IMG/VR virus record: IMGVR_UViG_3300009706_000010 | Coordinates: 1 to 55,698 of that record | Reading direction: 5' to 3' (one strand) | DNA from: a virus | Lineage: Duplodnaviria > Caudoviricetes | Length of the DNA stretch: 55,698 nt | Part shown: positions 36,262 through 44,877 of the stretch, piece by piece | How the letters are laid out: every line of letters begins with the position of its first letter | Numbering within the stretch: position 1 is the first letter of the stretch | The notes under the pieces: model-generated | The model's input: only the letters and a program-made list of their open reading frames with translations | Database searches by the model: none | Told to the model about the DNA's origin: nothing | Made by a program: the position numbers and the translations under genes

Positions 36262-37779
36262 ATGACGACGAAAACGACCACGGTGAGCGGCATGGTGAAG
36301 GCATTCAAGGCGGCACGGCGCTGCTCTTGCCCGATCGTCGCGATCGAGACTCCGGACCCGGCAGCCACGATCGATGAGATTGTGGCCGTCGTCAAGGGCG
36401 CGGCGGTCGCGCAATGGGATCTGGTGCGAGGGCTGCGCGGTGTCAACAAGGCGGCACAGTCGGCGCTTGTAGATGTCAACCCGGATGCGACGGTGAGCCC
36501 GGTGGAGGCGCTGGCGGCGCTGGCTGGCAAGGCGCCGGAGGATAGCGTCACCTTCATGATGAACGCGCACCATCATCTTGCGGACCCGGGGGTGGCGCAG
36601 GCGGTGTGGAACCTCCGCGATGAGTTCAAGGGCAACGGGCGGATGCTGGTCTTGCTTGGTCCGGCCTTCCAACTTCCCTCCGAACTGGCTGGCGATGTCG
36701 TCGTGCTTGACGAGCCGCTGCCGACACGCGATGACCTGAGCGCGATCGTCACGAAGCAATACGAAAACGGCGAGGTCGCGCAACCGGATGACTCCACGCG
36801 GTCGGCGGCGCTCGATGCGCTGGTGGGCCTACCGTATTTCACGGCGGAACAGGTCGTCGCGATGTCGCTGACACCTACCGGGGTGGATGTCGATGCGCTG
36901 TGGGATCGCAAGCGAAAGGCGATCGAGAACACCGAAGGGCTGCGGGTGTGGCGAGCGCAGCCGGGCGACACGACGCTGGACGAGCTTCACGGCATCGATA
37001 ACGTGATTGGCTTCCTGCGGCGCCTGATTGCCGCGAACGCCTTCGGGGCGATTGTCTTCATCGATGAGGGTGACAAGGCGTTCGCCGGGGGGATGTCAGA
37101 CCACACCGGCGACTCGGGGGTGAGCAAAGATCAGGTGGGAACGGTCCTGTCCTACGTCGAGGATACGAAGTCACTCGGGGTGCTGCTGGCAGGCATGACG
37201 GGCGCCGGAAAAACACAGCTTGCGAAGGCGGTGGGGCAGGCGTCAGGCAAGCCACTCATCATGTTCGATATGGCAGGCATGAAGGGCGGGACGGTCGGTG
37301 AGAGCGAACGGGCGATTCGGGCGGCGCTGAAGGTCGTCACGGCTACCGCTGAGGGCCGGGTGCTTTTCATCATGACCGCGAACAAGACCACGCAGTTCTC
37401 GCCGGAGCTTAACCGGCGCTTCCCTGACCAATTCTTTTTCGACACGCTGAGTGAAGAGGGGCGCGAAGCCTGCTGGACCGTCTACGCGGGAAAGTGCAAG
37501 CTGACACCGCTTCAGGCGTCACGGCCCACGGGATTCGATGAGGGCTGGACGGGCGCTGAAATCAAACGGGCCTGCGAACGGGCGGCGCTTTTCAACCAGA
37601 CAATCGAGGAGGCGGCACGATACATCGTCCCGGCGGCTGTCTCGGCGAAGGCCACGATAGACAACCTGCGGCGCGAAGCTGCCGGGCGCTTCCTCTCGGC
37701 GAGTGACCCGGGGCTGTATCAACCGGCGGTCGCGGACTCACCGGCGGAAGCCACGCGGAAGTTCAGGACGGAGGACTGA
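36262..37779 (+). CDS. Ycf46-like AAA+ ATPase with permuted Walker B / Walker A order
   Basis: AGGAGG SD; Ycf46-like N-domain (LPSEL...LP), IVFIDE, GMTGAGKT, VGESE, TAN, ELNRRF, WTGAEI. Confidence 0.85.
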   Translation: MTTKTTTVSGMVKAFKAARRCSCPIVAIETPDPAATIDEIVAVVKGAAVAQWDLVRGLRGVNKAAQSALVDVNPDATVSPVEALAALAGKAPEDSVTFMMNAHHHLADPGVAQAVWNLRDEFKGNGRMLVLLGPAFQLPSELAGDVVVLDEPLPTRDDLSAIVTKQYENGEVAQPDDSTRSAALDALVGLPYFTAEQVVAMSLTPTGVDVDALWDRKRKAIENTEGLRVWRAQPGDTTLDELHGIDNVIGFLRRLIAANAFGAIVFIDEGDKAFAGGMSDHTGDSGVSKDQVGTVLSYVEDTKSLGVLLAGMTGAGKTQLAKAVGQASGKPLIMFDMAGMKGGTVGESERAIRAALKVVTATAEGRVLFIMTANKTTQFSPELNRRFPDQFFFDTLSEEGREACWTVYAGKCKLTPLQASRPTGFDEGWTGAEIKRACERAALFNQTIEEAARYIVPAAVSAKATIDNLRREAAGRFLSASDPGLYQPAVADSPAEATRKFRTED

Positions 37780-37976
37780 TGGAAATCAAGTCACGGAGGG
37801 GGTTCGACGCGGCGGTATATCGGCAGACCGAACTTGAGGATAGCGTGGACGGCGATGTGGATGCGCTGTCGGCTGAAGAACAAGTGGAATTCGAGGCGAT
37901 CGGGGATGCGATTATCGCGTGGGAAGACAAGTGCGAAGAACGCGGCGGCAAACTGAACCGCTACGGGGGCGACTGA
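37779..37976 (+). CDS. Small acidic protein
   Basis: Coupled ORF, strongly D/E-rich. Confidence 0.5.
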   Translation: MEIKSRRGFDAAVYRQTELEDSVDGDVDALSAEEQVEFEAIGDAIIAWEDKCEERGGKLNRYGGD

Positions 37977-38389
37977 TGGCAAGCGCAACGGCGATTCGGC
38001 AGGGATGGGCAGATCACACCGAACTGACACCTTCGGACGGTGGGAAGTCGTGGATGGTGCAGAAGAACGTCAACGGGGCGTTCCGCTGCTCCTGCCCGGC
38101 CTACATCTTCAGCAAGGCACCGAAGGGGTGCAAGCATGTCGCCCGGGTGAAGTATCTGGAGGAGGAGAACAGGACACTTGAGCCCTACGTTGAGGAGGCA
38201 TCGAGCATCCTCACGGAGATGCTTCAGCATGTCGGACTAAACCGTTCAGAGTTCGTCGGCCCGGAGTTGCGAAACCAGATGGGCGCGGTGCTTGCGCTTC
38301 GGCTTCAGGCGCTCAGCACGATCGCGGTCACGGTCGCTTCGCCGACGGCTGCCACACGCGGGGTGCGGAAGATTCGGTTCGATGACTGA
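37976..38389 (+). CDS. SWIM Zn-finger protein
   Basis: FRCSCPAY......CKHV (CxC...CxH). Confidence 0.7.
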   Translation: MASATAIRQGWADHTELTPSDGGKSWMVQKNVNGAFRCSCPAYIFSKAPKGCKHVARVKYLEEENRTLEPYVEEASSILTEMLQHVGLNRSEFVGPELRNQMGAVLALRLQALSTIAVTVASPTAATRGVRKIRFDD

Positions 38390-38816
38390 ATTCACGAGAA
38401 CGGCCTGCTCGTGTCCGGCCTGCGTTGAATGCTGCCAGCGGCAGCCCGGGCCACTGGCGCCGGGCGACATGGAGAAAATCGCGGAGTGGGTAGGGCAGCC
38501 GGTAAACGAGGTCATGCAATACTTTTGGGCATCGCCCGGTGCGCTCGTGCAGGATGTCGAGACGGGACGGCGCCGGATGATTCCAACGATCACGCCGAAG
38601 ATAGAGGCCCATGGCTGCACGTTCCTTGTCGATAACCGCTGCGTGATTCATCCTGTCGCGCCGTTCGGCTGTTCGAAGTTCGACACGCACCAGCGCCCGG
38701 CAGAGTATGTCCCACGGGCAGCCTTCCTGTATCGGAGCATCGAGGACAGCGACGTGTATGCACGGCAGCGGGGCATGCTGCCACCTGCTACGAGTTGGAA
38801 ACCGAGAGGGCGGTAA
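38382..38816 (+). CDS. YkgJ-like Cys-cluster (Zn/Fe-S) protein
   Basis: CSC..C..CC...CTFL..NRC.IH...P..C..F. Confidence 0.75.
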   Translation: MTEFTRTACSCPACVECCQRQPGPLAPGDMEKIAEWVGQPVNEVMQYFWASPGALVQDVETGRRRMIPTITPKIEAHGCTFLVDNRCVIHPVAPFGCSKFDTHQRPAEYVPRAAFLYRSIEDSDVYARQRGMLPPATSWKPRGR

Positions 38817-38824
38817 AATAGTTG

Positions 38825-38870
38825 AAAATAGTTATTGACTTCCACGTAGATTGATATTATCATTCTGGAC
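38825..38870 (+). promoter_or_regulatory. Repeated promoter element P8 (class I)
   Basis: TTGACT(38835)-17-TATCAT(38858)-7 nt-ATG38871. Confidence 0.9.
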
Positions 38871-39146
38871 ATGGACAAGGCAACGACTTTCGAAACGATG
38901 ACGCTCACAGTAACCGCGCTGATGGTCATGGGCCTGGACGATATCGGTCGCGTTCCTGATGTCGCCCGGCGGCGCGATGGTAGTAAGGTCATTTGCACTG
39001 GCGAGCGGAGCGATCTGCTCTATATCGTGCAAGAACTGAACGATCGGGCCACTGAGGGTGACGGCGGATACGGTGAAACGGCAAGGGATAAAGCGGTCTG
39101 CCGACGGGCCGTTAAGGCGGCGGCGCGGCAGGGCTTCCACCTCTAA
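38871..39146 (+). CDS. Hypothetical protein (leaderless)
   Basis: ATG at predicted +1 of P8. Confidence 0.6.
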   Translation: MDKATTFETMTLTVTALMVMGLDDIGRVPDVARRRDGSKVICTGERSDLLYIVQELNDRATEGDGGYGETARDKAVCRRAVKAAARQGFHL

Positions 39147-39160
39147 TTTCAACGCGCTTG

Positions 39161-39205
39161 AAATAGTTCTTGACACCGGCGAAGTTTGATATTATCATTC
39201 TGGAT
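39161..39205 (+). promoter_or_regulatory. Repeated promoter element P9 (class I)
   Basis: TTGACA(39170)-17-TATCAT(39193)-7 nt-ATG39206. Confidence 0.9.
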
Positions 39206-39895
39206 ATGGAGATGACGACGGCAACCGCGAAGCAGGAGGCGACCATGACAACGAAGAAAATCACGAAGGCGACACTGAAATCCTTTGTCAAGCGTAACCG
39301 CGAGAATCTGAGGATTCTGGTGTCGAGTCGATTCGATAGCATGACGGACGGGGTTCGCGCCACTGGCGATTCGACGTTCGAGGATGTCACGCCAACGTCA
39401 TACGATGTCGAGGGAACGACACTCGGGATCGAAGGGCTCTGGCTGGTCGGCGGTTCGCGGAATTACTTCTCGGCCTTCGAGGGCGACACGCACACCGGCA
39501 TCCGGGTTTCTAACTGCTGCGGCTCCGTCACGGTCGCGATTCGGAAGTCGGGCGGCGCGGAACTGGAAATTCAACCGGAGCATGTCGCGCCTGATGTCCC
39601 GGCGGGAGTTCAGCCGGAGCCCGACAGCCAAGTGTGCGCGAGGGTTGGAGGGTTAGAATTCACTCGGCGCGAGCTTTCCGACTTGTTCGACACCGTCGCG
39701 CCACAGACGAACTGGAAGCAGCGCATCGACACGACGGTGACACGGGATCTGTCGGATAGTCGGCTGGTTGGTCTTCGGGAAGCGATCATCTTCTACACGG
39801 GTTCGGTCCCCACTATTTCGCTGAGCTTCAGGGACGACGGGACGACGGCGTATCGGGTGCAAGCTGACGGCTACTATCAGGCGATCGGCGCCTGA
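39206..39895 (+). CDS. Two-domain hypothetical protein
   Basis: KITKATLKSF...FD.M.D...GI.G.WLVG.SR...NCCG domain, linker, then NWK..I...AI.FYTG...A.GYY domain. Confidence 0.7.
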   Translation: MEMTTATAKQEATMTTKKITKATLKSFVKRNRENLRILVSSRFDSMTDGVRATGDSTFEDVTPTSYDVEGTTLGIEGLWLVGGSRNYFSAFEGDTHTGIRVSNCCGSVTVAIRKSGGAELEIQPEHVAPDVPAGVQPEPDSQVCARVGGLEFTRRELSDLFDTVAPQTNWKQRIDTTVTRDLSDSRLVGLREAIIFYTGSVPTISLSFRDDGTTAYRVQADGYYQAIGA

Positions 39896-39938
39896 AAATA
39901 ACCCTTGACATCCACGCAGATTTTGGTAATATCAAATC
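39895..39938 (+). promoter_or_regulatory. Repeated promoter element P10 (class II)
   Basis: TTGACA(39905)-16-TAATAT(39927)-6 nt-ATG39939. Confidence 0.85.
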
Positions 39939-40271
39939 ATGAATAAGACGACGACAGAACAGCACGACGATTTCCGCGATGTCCCGCATGTCGCGAGTGT
40001 CATCCTTCATCAACTCGGCGGTCGGCGCTTCCGGAGGATGACCGGCGCGAAAACCTTCGTCGGGCAACAGAATGACGACGGGACCGGCTGGCTGCGCTTC
40101 CGGCTCCCGAAGCCACGGTGCATCATTCAGGTCACGCTTACGGCCATGGATACCTACATCGTGAGGAGGCTGGCGCTGAACGGACAGGAACGGAAGGTCT
40201 GCGAAGATGTCTACGCGGACAATCTCGAAGCGGTTTTCACCGGCATGACCGGACTTTACACGAGGCTTTAA
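39939..40271 (+). CDS. Conserved-looking phage protein (ILxQLGG..F..MTGAK)
   Basis: ILHQLGGRRF..MTGAK...DTY...DVYAD.L...F...TGLYT.L. Confidence 0.7.
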   Translation: MNKTTTEQHDDFRDVPHVASVILHQLGGRRFRRMTGAKTFVGQQNDDGTGWLRFRLPKPRCIIQVTLTAMDTYIVRRLALNGQERKVCEDVYADNLEAVFTGMTGLYTRL

Positions 40272-40273
40272 CC

Positions 40274-40726
40274 ATGTCACACGTAGCAGCGGTATCACTC
40301 TACGTCACGGACCTCGATGCGCTCGAAGCGGTCGCGGACCGTCTCGGCTTCAAACTGATGCGCGGCCAGAAAACTTGGGCGTGGTATGGCCGGGCGGTCG
40401 GTGAGAGCGAAGCGGCGGCACAGGGCCACTCGGCGAAGGACTTCGGCAAGGGCGTTCACGCGCTTCGACTGAAGGATCACGGTCCCGGCGATTACGAGAT
40501 CGGTCTGGTGGCCCGGCTGGACGGCAAGCCGGGGTTCGAACTGCTCCACGACTCATGGGGTATGCACGGGCGGAAGCTGACGGCTGCCGCTGGTGCCGGG
40601 CTCGGGACGCTCAAACGCGAACTGGCGGCGGAGGTATCCACGCGGATCTTGCAGCGACAGGGCTATCGAGTCTCACGGATTATTCAGCCGGACGGCGGCA
40701 TCAAACTTCGAGGTGCACGAGCATGA
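40274..40726 (+). CDS. DUF1257 (Ycf35)-like protein
   Basis: MSHV......DLDAL......LG...YEIGL...D.W...QGY.V motif pattern. Confidence 0.7.
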   Translation: MSHVAAVSLYVTDLDALEAVADRLGFKLMRGQKTWAWYGRAVGESEAAAQGHSAKDFGKGVHALRLKDHGPGDYEIGLVARLDGKPGFELLHDSWGMHGRKLTAAAGAGLGTLKRELAAEVSTRILQRQGYRVSRIIQPDGGIKLRGARA

Positions 40727-40908
40727 AGGAAATCACCGTCAACATTTCGGAAGCTGGCGATGTGGAGGTATCCACGAAGGGGTTCGCTGGCAAAGCCTGT
40801 CAGGACGCCACGAAGCAGCTAGAGGCGGCGCTAGGCGCCACGACAGCGGACACGCCGACTGCTGAGATGATGAAGCGCAACACGGCTCACCTGAGGGCAG
40901 GACAGTGA
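40723..40908 (+). CDS. DUF2997-like small protein
   Basis: MKEI.V.I...G.V...TKGF.G..C..AT..LE.ALG......T.E. Confidence 0.8.
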   Translation: MKEITVNISEAGDVEVSTKGFAGKACQDATKQLEAALGATTADTPTAEMMKRNTAHLRAGQ

Positions 40909-41165
40909 CCCACGATGTCATCATCTCGCCCACCGGTGAGATCAGCTTCATTTATGCCGATGGGCTGGCGGCGCTGGTGGATGCGGGAGAAGGGACGATC
41001 ACCCGGGCGAGCCACGTCGAACCGGCTTCGGCGTATGGGCTGTCTGGCACCGGATGGGTGGCCGATATGGCGCCAAGCGCGGGGCCGCTGCTAGGGCCGT
41101 TCGAGACACGCGGGGAAGCGCTCACCGCTGAGGTCGCATGGCTTCAAGAGAATCGGGGGCTCTGA
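40905..41165 (+). CDS. Small protein typically following DUF2997
   Basis: I.P.G....IY.D....G.I.RASHVEP...W.AD....GP.LGPF..R..AL.AEV.WL. Confidence 0.7.
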   Translation: MTHDVIISPTGEISFIYADGLAALVDAGEGTITRASHVEPASAYGLSGTGWVADMAPSAGPLLGPFETRGEALTAEVAWLQENRGL

Positions 41166-41557
41166 TGGCAACAGGTCAAAAACTGTCACCTTCCGCGTTG
41201 CGGGAGAGGCGATTGCGCCGGGAACGGTTTGCCACGCTCTCCGCAGACAACCGGAGGCTGGTCACGGAAAGCGATGGTTGGCGGGAGAAACACGCAGTCG
41301 CTGTTCGATCGCTCACGGAGGTCGCGAAGGAAGCGAGTGAGGGCCAGATGGAAATCTTACGGCTCCGGGCCTTGCTTGGCACAGCCGGGGATGCGATACG
41401 GATCGGGTTGCGGAAGGACTTCGCGGCGCTCGTATCGGATGGGCTGGCGGCGCGGACTGCGGAGCAGCACGGCGATTTCCCTTGGTGCGATGACTGCAAG
41501 AGTTACCATCACTCGGATAATCCAACCTGCGTCACTTGGCACCCGCTGAAAAAATAG
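41165..41557 (+). CDS. Coiled-coil hypothetical protein
   Basis: Coupled ORF; its stop codon lies inside the P11 A-tract. Confidence 0.5.
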   Translation: MATGQKLSPSALRERRLRRERFATLSADNRRLVTESDGWREKHAVAVRSLTEVAKEASEGQMEILRLRALLGTAGDAIRIGLRKDFAALVSDGLAARTAEQHGDFPWCDDCKSYHHSDNPTCVTWHPLKK

Positions 41558-41591
41558 TTCTTGACACCGGCTGTCAATTTGATACCATCAA
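41551..41591 (+). promoter_or_regulatory. Repeated promoter element P11 (class II variant)
   Basis: AAAATAGTTC TTGACA(41561)-16-TACCAT(41583); palindrome TTGATACCATCAA. Confidence 0.8.
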
Positions 41592-41624
41592 TAAATCGAT
41601 GCGGCAATCACGCCGCGAGGGCTA

Positions 41625-42545
41625 ATGAAGATGACGACGACAAACGCAGCGGAGCAGGGGAACCTTATCGCGACCAAAACGATTTGCCTGTGTTTGGAGC
41701 GCGGGAAGTTCGGGAACAGCAAAAAGGCGGGGCTGAGCGCGGTCACGGTGCGAGCGGACAAGACTCGGCTTCGGATGTCGAAGCAGTTGATTGATTCGCC
41801 GGAACTGACGAATATTTCGAAACTGGACACGGAGGTATCGATCTACCTCTCGGCGCTGGCGTCACCGTCACTGATGAAGGGCGGTATCTACATGGTGCCG
41901 ATCGCCGGGGTATCGGCGCTAGAGGCGGCGTTGAAGGGCTTCCAGACTCGGCGGCAAGCCTTGGTGGAAATCGCGGTGGAGAAATTCGACCAACGGGTGC
42001 AGGAAACGATCGAGCCACTCGGCGATGTCTACGACGCCAGCGACTACCCCACGGCTGAGGCGTTCAGGGACACCTTCAAGTTCTCTTGGCGCTATGTCAC
42101 CTTTGACACGCCGCAGCGCTTGAAGGCGATTAGCTCGGAACTGTTCGAGTCGGAGCGGGAGAAACACGCCGCGCACTTGTCGTCGGTCGCTGACTCCTGC
42201 CGGGATGCGATGCGAACCGGGCTCGCGGATCTGGTCAAGCATCTGGTGGACAAGCTGACGCCGGGCGCGGACGGCAAAAAGAAGGTGTTCAGCAAGTCGG
42301 CGGTGGAAAGCATGAACGAGTTTCTTGCGTCCTTCGACATGCGGAACGTGACTGAGGACAGCGAACTGTCGGCGCTGGTCGTCAGGGCTCGGGCGGCAAT
42401 CTCCGGGGTGGATGCGCCTATGCTTCGGACGAACGACGAAGTTCGGACGACGGTCTTGGATCAGTTCTCGGGGCTGGCGGATTCGCTCGAAGTCTTGACG
42501 GCGCAACGCGGCGATCGGAAAATCGAATTCGAGACGGAGGACTGA
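41625..42545 (+). CDS. DUF3150-like protein
   Basis: SKQLID, GIYMVP, LGDVYDASDYP....R..F, L..LV.HL..KL, F...NV....L..LV, LR....R. Confidence 0.65.
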   Translation: MKMTTTNAAEQGNLIATKTICLCLERGKFGNSKKAGLSAVTVRADKTRLRMSKQLIDSPELTNISKLDTEVSIYLSALASPSLMKGGIYMVPIAGVSALEAALKGFQTRRQALVEIAVEKFDQRVQETIEPLGDVYDASDYPTAEAFRDTFKFSWRYVTFDTPQRLKAISSELFESEREKHAAHLSSVADSCRDAMRTGLADLVKHLVDKLTPGADGKKKVFSKSAVESMNEFLASFDMRNVTEDSELSALVVRARAAISGVDAPMLRTNDEVRTTVLDQFSGLADSLEVLTAQRGDRKIEFETED

Positions 42546-42550
42546 CACGA

Positions 42551-42886
42551 ATGGTCTGGCACTACGGCCACGGAGGGACCCGGGCCTGCGGAGAGGAGAC
42601 GGGGTTCGAAACGACGAACCCGGTCAACGTCACTTGCGCTGCCTGCAAGCCACTGATGGTGCAGGAAACAGCGCTGGACATCCAGCGGAGGCTCCGGACG
42701 GATTTACTTCACTCGTATGGGACGGTTCGGGCGAGCGATCTGGCGGTGGCCTTGACATATGAGTTGGGGAACATCCTCGCGAAATCGTGCCCGACGCCTG
42801 AGCGAGCTCACGGAGCGGTCGATCGAATCGCTTGCACACTGAAAGAACAAATCGATACATTCGGAGTTGGAGGCTCCCATCCATGA
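42551..42886 (+). CDS. Hypothetical protein with N-terminal Zn finger
   Basis: H......ACG......VTC..C. Confidence 0.55.
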   Translation: MVWHYGHGGTRACGEETGFETTNPVNVTCAACKPLMVQETALDIQRRLRTDLLHSYGTVRASDLAVALTYELGNILAKSCPTPERAHGAVDRIACTLKEQIDTFGVGGSHP

Positions 42887-43131
42887 AGACGAACGCAACG
42901 GCGCCGAAGCGCCCACCGAAACGCACTGGCGGTATGCCGGGCGTCGAAACCATCTTCCCTCGCAAGGTCCGGAAGTCGCTGAGCTTCACGGCCACGCCGA
43001 GAGTGCGGAAGCTGCTGGCAGCCGCGCAGAAGAAAAACAAGCTGAGTCGCAGTGACACGCTCGGGCTACTGGTCACGGCGTTTGCGGCTCAGATTCCGGC
43101 GGCGCTCAAGGCGCACGTCATTGAGGAGTAA
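42883..43131 (+). CDS. Ribbon-helix-helix-like DNA-binding protein
   Basis: GGAGG SD; SLSFT strand then L...A.K.KLSRSD.L..LV. Confidence 0.55.
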   Translation: MKTNATAPKRPPKRTGGMPGVETIFPRKVRKSLSFTATPRVRKLLAAAQKKNKLSRSDTLGLLVTAFAAQIPAALKAHVIEE

Positions 43132-43135
43132 AGCT

Positions 43136-44293
43136 GTGTCAAGTGAACTGGCGCGGGTAGGCGGCAGCGACCCTGTTGGCCTTGTCCGACCACCAGAGGA
43201 AACCTTGTCGTCGGCTGGAGCGGCGGCAACGGCGCTGATGGGCATCATCAGTAAGAAGCCGAAGAAACTCATGTTCAACGGAGAGCAGTATCTTGAGGTG
43301 GACGATTGGGAAACCATCGGCGCCTTCCACGGATGCACGGCTGATGTCGTGTGGTCGAGGGAAATCACGCTTGAGATTGCGGACAAGGACGGGAACGCGA
43401 TTCGAGGGTGGGAAGCACGGGCGGTCTTACTCGACCGGACGGGCCGCGAATTGACCCACGCCGATGCCATGTGCCTGAGCGATGAAGCCAAGTGGAGCGA
43501 GCGCCCAAAGTATGCGTGGGTCTATGTCCTGAAGGACGGCACGACGAGCGAGGAGGACCCGGGCGCTGCGAATATCGAATGGGTGCCGAACCCGAACAAG
43601 CCGGATGGCGTCATGCCGAAAAAAGTGCGGCAGCTTGTCGGCTCGGAGGCTCCACCGGAGTTCCAAATGCGTTCCATGGCGCAGACACGGGCGGTCGCGA
43701 AGGCGCACAGCAACGTCTTCCGATGGGTGGCTCGGCTCGCTGGATGCGCCGGGACACCGGCGGATGAATTGCCGGACATCGAAACCGTGGACCGGGAGAC
43801 GGGAGAGGTCACGACAAAGGCACCGGCGGCTGCTCGGCCTGCCGCTGCTCGGCCTGCGGCGCAACCAGCGAAGCAATGCCCTGAGGTTCGCGATGGTCAA
43901 CAGTGCAGAAGGGTAGAGGGCCACACGAAGACGGAGCATGTTTTCGATAAGGTGGCAGACACAGCGGTGCCTCCACCAGCGGTGCCTCCACCAGCGGCTC
44001 CGGCTCATACGGTGGCGCAGCCTCCGGTCACGGTCAAGGACATCACGAGCCGAAGCGGAACGAAGGCCGGGAAGCCGTGGACAGTCTGGACGGTTGTCTT
44101 TTCAGACAAGGTGCAGACCGTCGGGCCTGATGCTCAGACAACAGACCGGGCCGGGACGTTCTCGGAAACGATCGCCGGGGCAGCCGACAATGCCCGGGCG
44201 GCTGGCGTGAACTGCTATCCGAAGATCACCTCGGAGAAGAACGGACGCGGGTATGTTGACCACAACATAACCGCGCTTCCGACGGATAGCTAA
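43136..44293 (+). CDS. Putative single-strand annealing / recombination protein
   Basis: Y..V..W..IG...EARA.L...G...A.C...E..W...SMAQTRA..KA; upstream of an exonuclease; GAGGAG SD before GTG43136. Confidence 0.55.
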   Translation: MSSELARVGGSDPVGLVRPPEETLSSAGAAATALMGIISKKPKKLMFNGEQYLEVDDWETIGAFHGCTADVVWSREITLEIADKDGNAIRGWEARAVLLDRTGRELTHADAMCLSDEAKWSERPKYAWVYVLKDGTTSEEDPGAANIEWVPNPNKPDGVMPKKVRQLVGSEAPPEFQMRSMAQTRAVAKAHSNVFRWVARLAGCAGTPADELPDIETVDRETGEVTTKAPAAARPAAARPAAQPAKQCPEVRDGQQCRRVEGHTKTEHVFDKVADTAVPPPAVPPPAAPAHTVAQPPVTVKDITSRSGTKAGKPWTVWTVVFSDKVQTVGPDAQTTDRAGTFSETIAGAADNARAAGVNCYPKITSEKNGRGYVDHNITALPTDS

Positions 44294-44877
44294 TGCTCGG
44301 AGTGACCCGCACTCTAGTCGCAGCAGGCCGGATTGAAGGCCGGTTCTTCTCGGAGGAAGCGGCGGAGCGCGGGTCACGACTGCATGCCTACACGGATGAC
44401 ATCGACACGGGGCGCGAACTGCGAGGGATGCCGAACGACTGGTGGGGATACATCGAGGCGTATCAAACCTTCCTCGCTGTTGTCCGGCCCGTCTACGGCG
44501 AGCCGGACTGGTGGGCTACGATTCTGAACGTCACGCCGGGGTATGGGAGAATTGCGACGGACCCGGGCGCCACGAGTTGTATCGAGCGATTCGTTCAGTC
44601 GGAGGCGCTGAACCTGCGAGGGAGGATTGACAGGATTTGCAAGCGGATGTTCACGAGCCCGGCGATTCTGGACTTCAAGTTCGGCGCTGAGCAGGAGTGG
44701 CACGGCGAGCAACTCGCACTCTACAACCGCATCTGTCCGGTCGGCGCTCGATGGGCGGTGTATTTCAGGAAGGACGGAACCTACAGGGTCAAGCAGTATC
44801 GAGGTATGACGGACGATGCACGAGCGATGGCGGATCTGGCGAAGGTGCGGAAACAGGAGATGACGAACAATGGCTGA
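44293..44877 (+). CDS. PD-(D/E)xK exonuclease
   Basis: GVT..L...RG..LH...E...GRIDR...ILDFK.G...QLALY. Confidence 0.8.
   Translation: MLGVTRTLVAAGRIEGRFFSEEAAERGSRLHAYTDDIDTGRELRGMPNDWWGYIEAYQTFLAVVRPVYGEPDWWATILNVTPGYGRIATDPGATSCIERFVQSEALNLRGRIDRICKRMFTSPAILDFKFGAEQEWHGEQLALYNRICPVGARWAVYFRKDGTYRVKQYRGMTDDARAMADLAKVRKQEMTNNG

Noticed and set aside
29722-39205. Apparent conserved N-terminal peptide MT....DIII(L) in track ORFs starting at 29722, 31964, 32436, 35217, 36005 and 39170
   Set aside because: Artefact of translating the promoter from the TTG of the -35 box; 6+17+6+7 = 36 nt keeps it in frame with the true ATG
44293-44877. Cas4 as part of a CRISPR system
   Set aside because: Generic PD-(D/E)xK exonuclease next to an annealing protein; no clear four-Cys Fe-S pattern and no array
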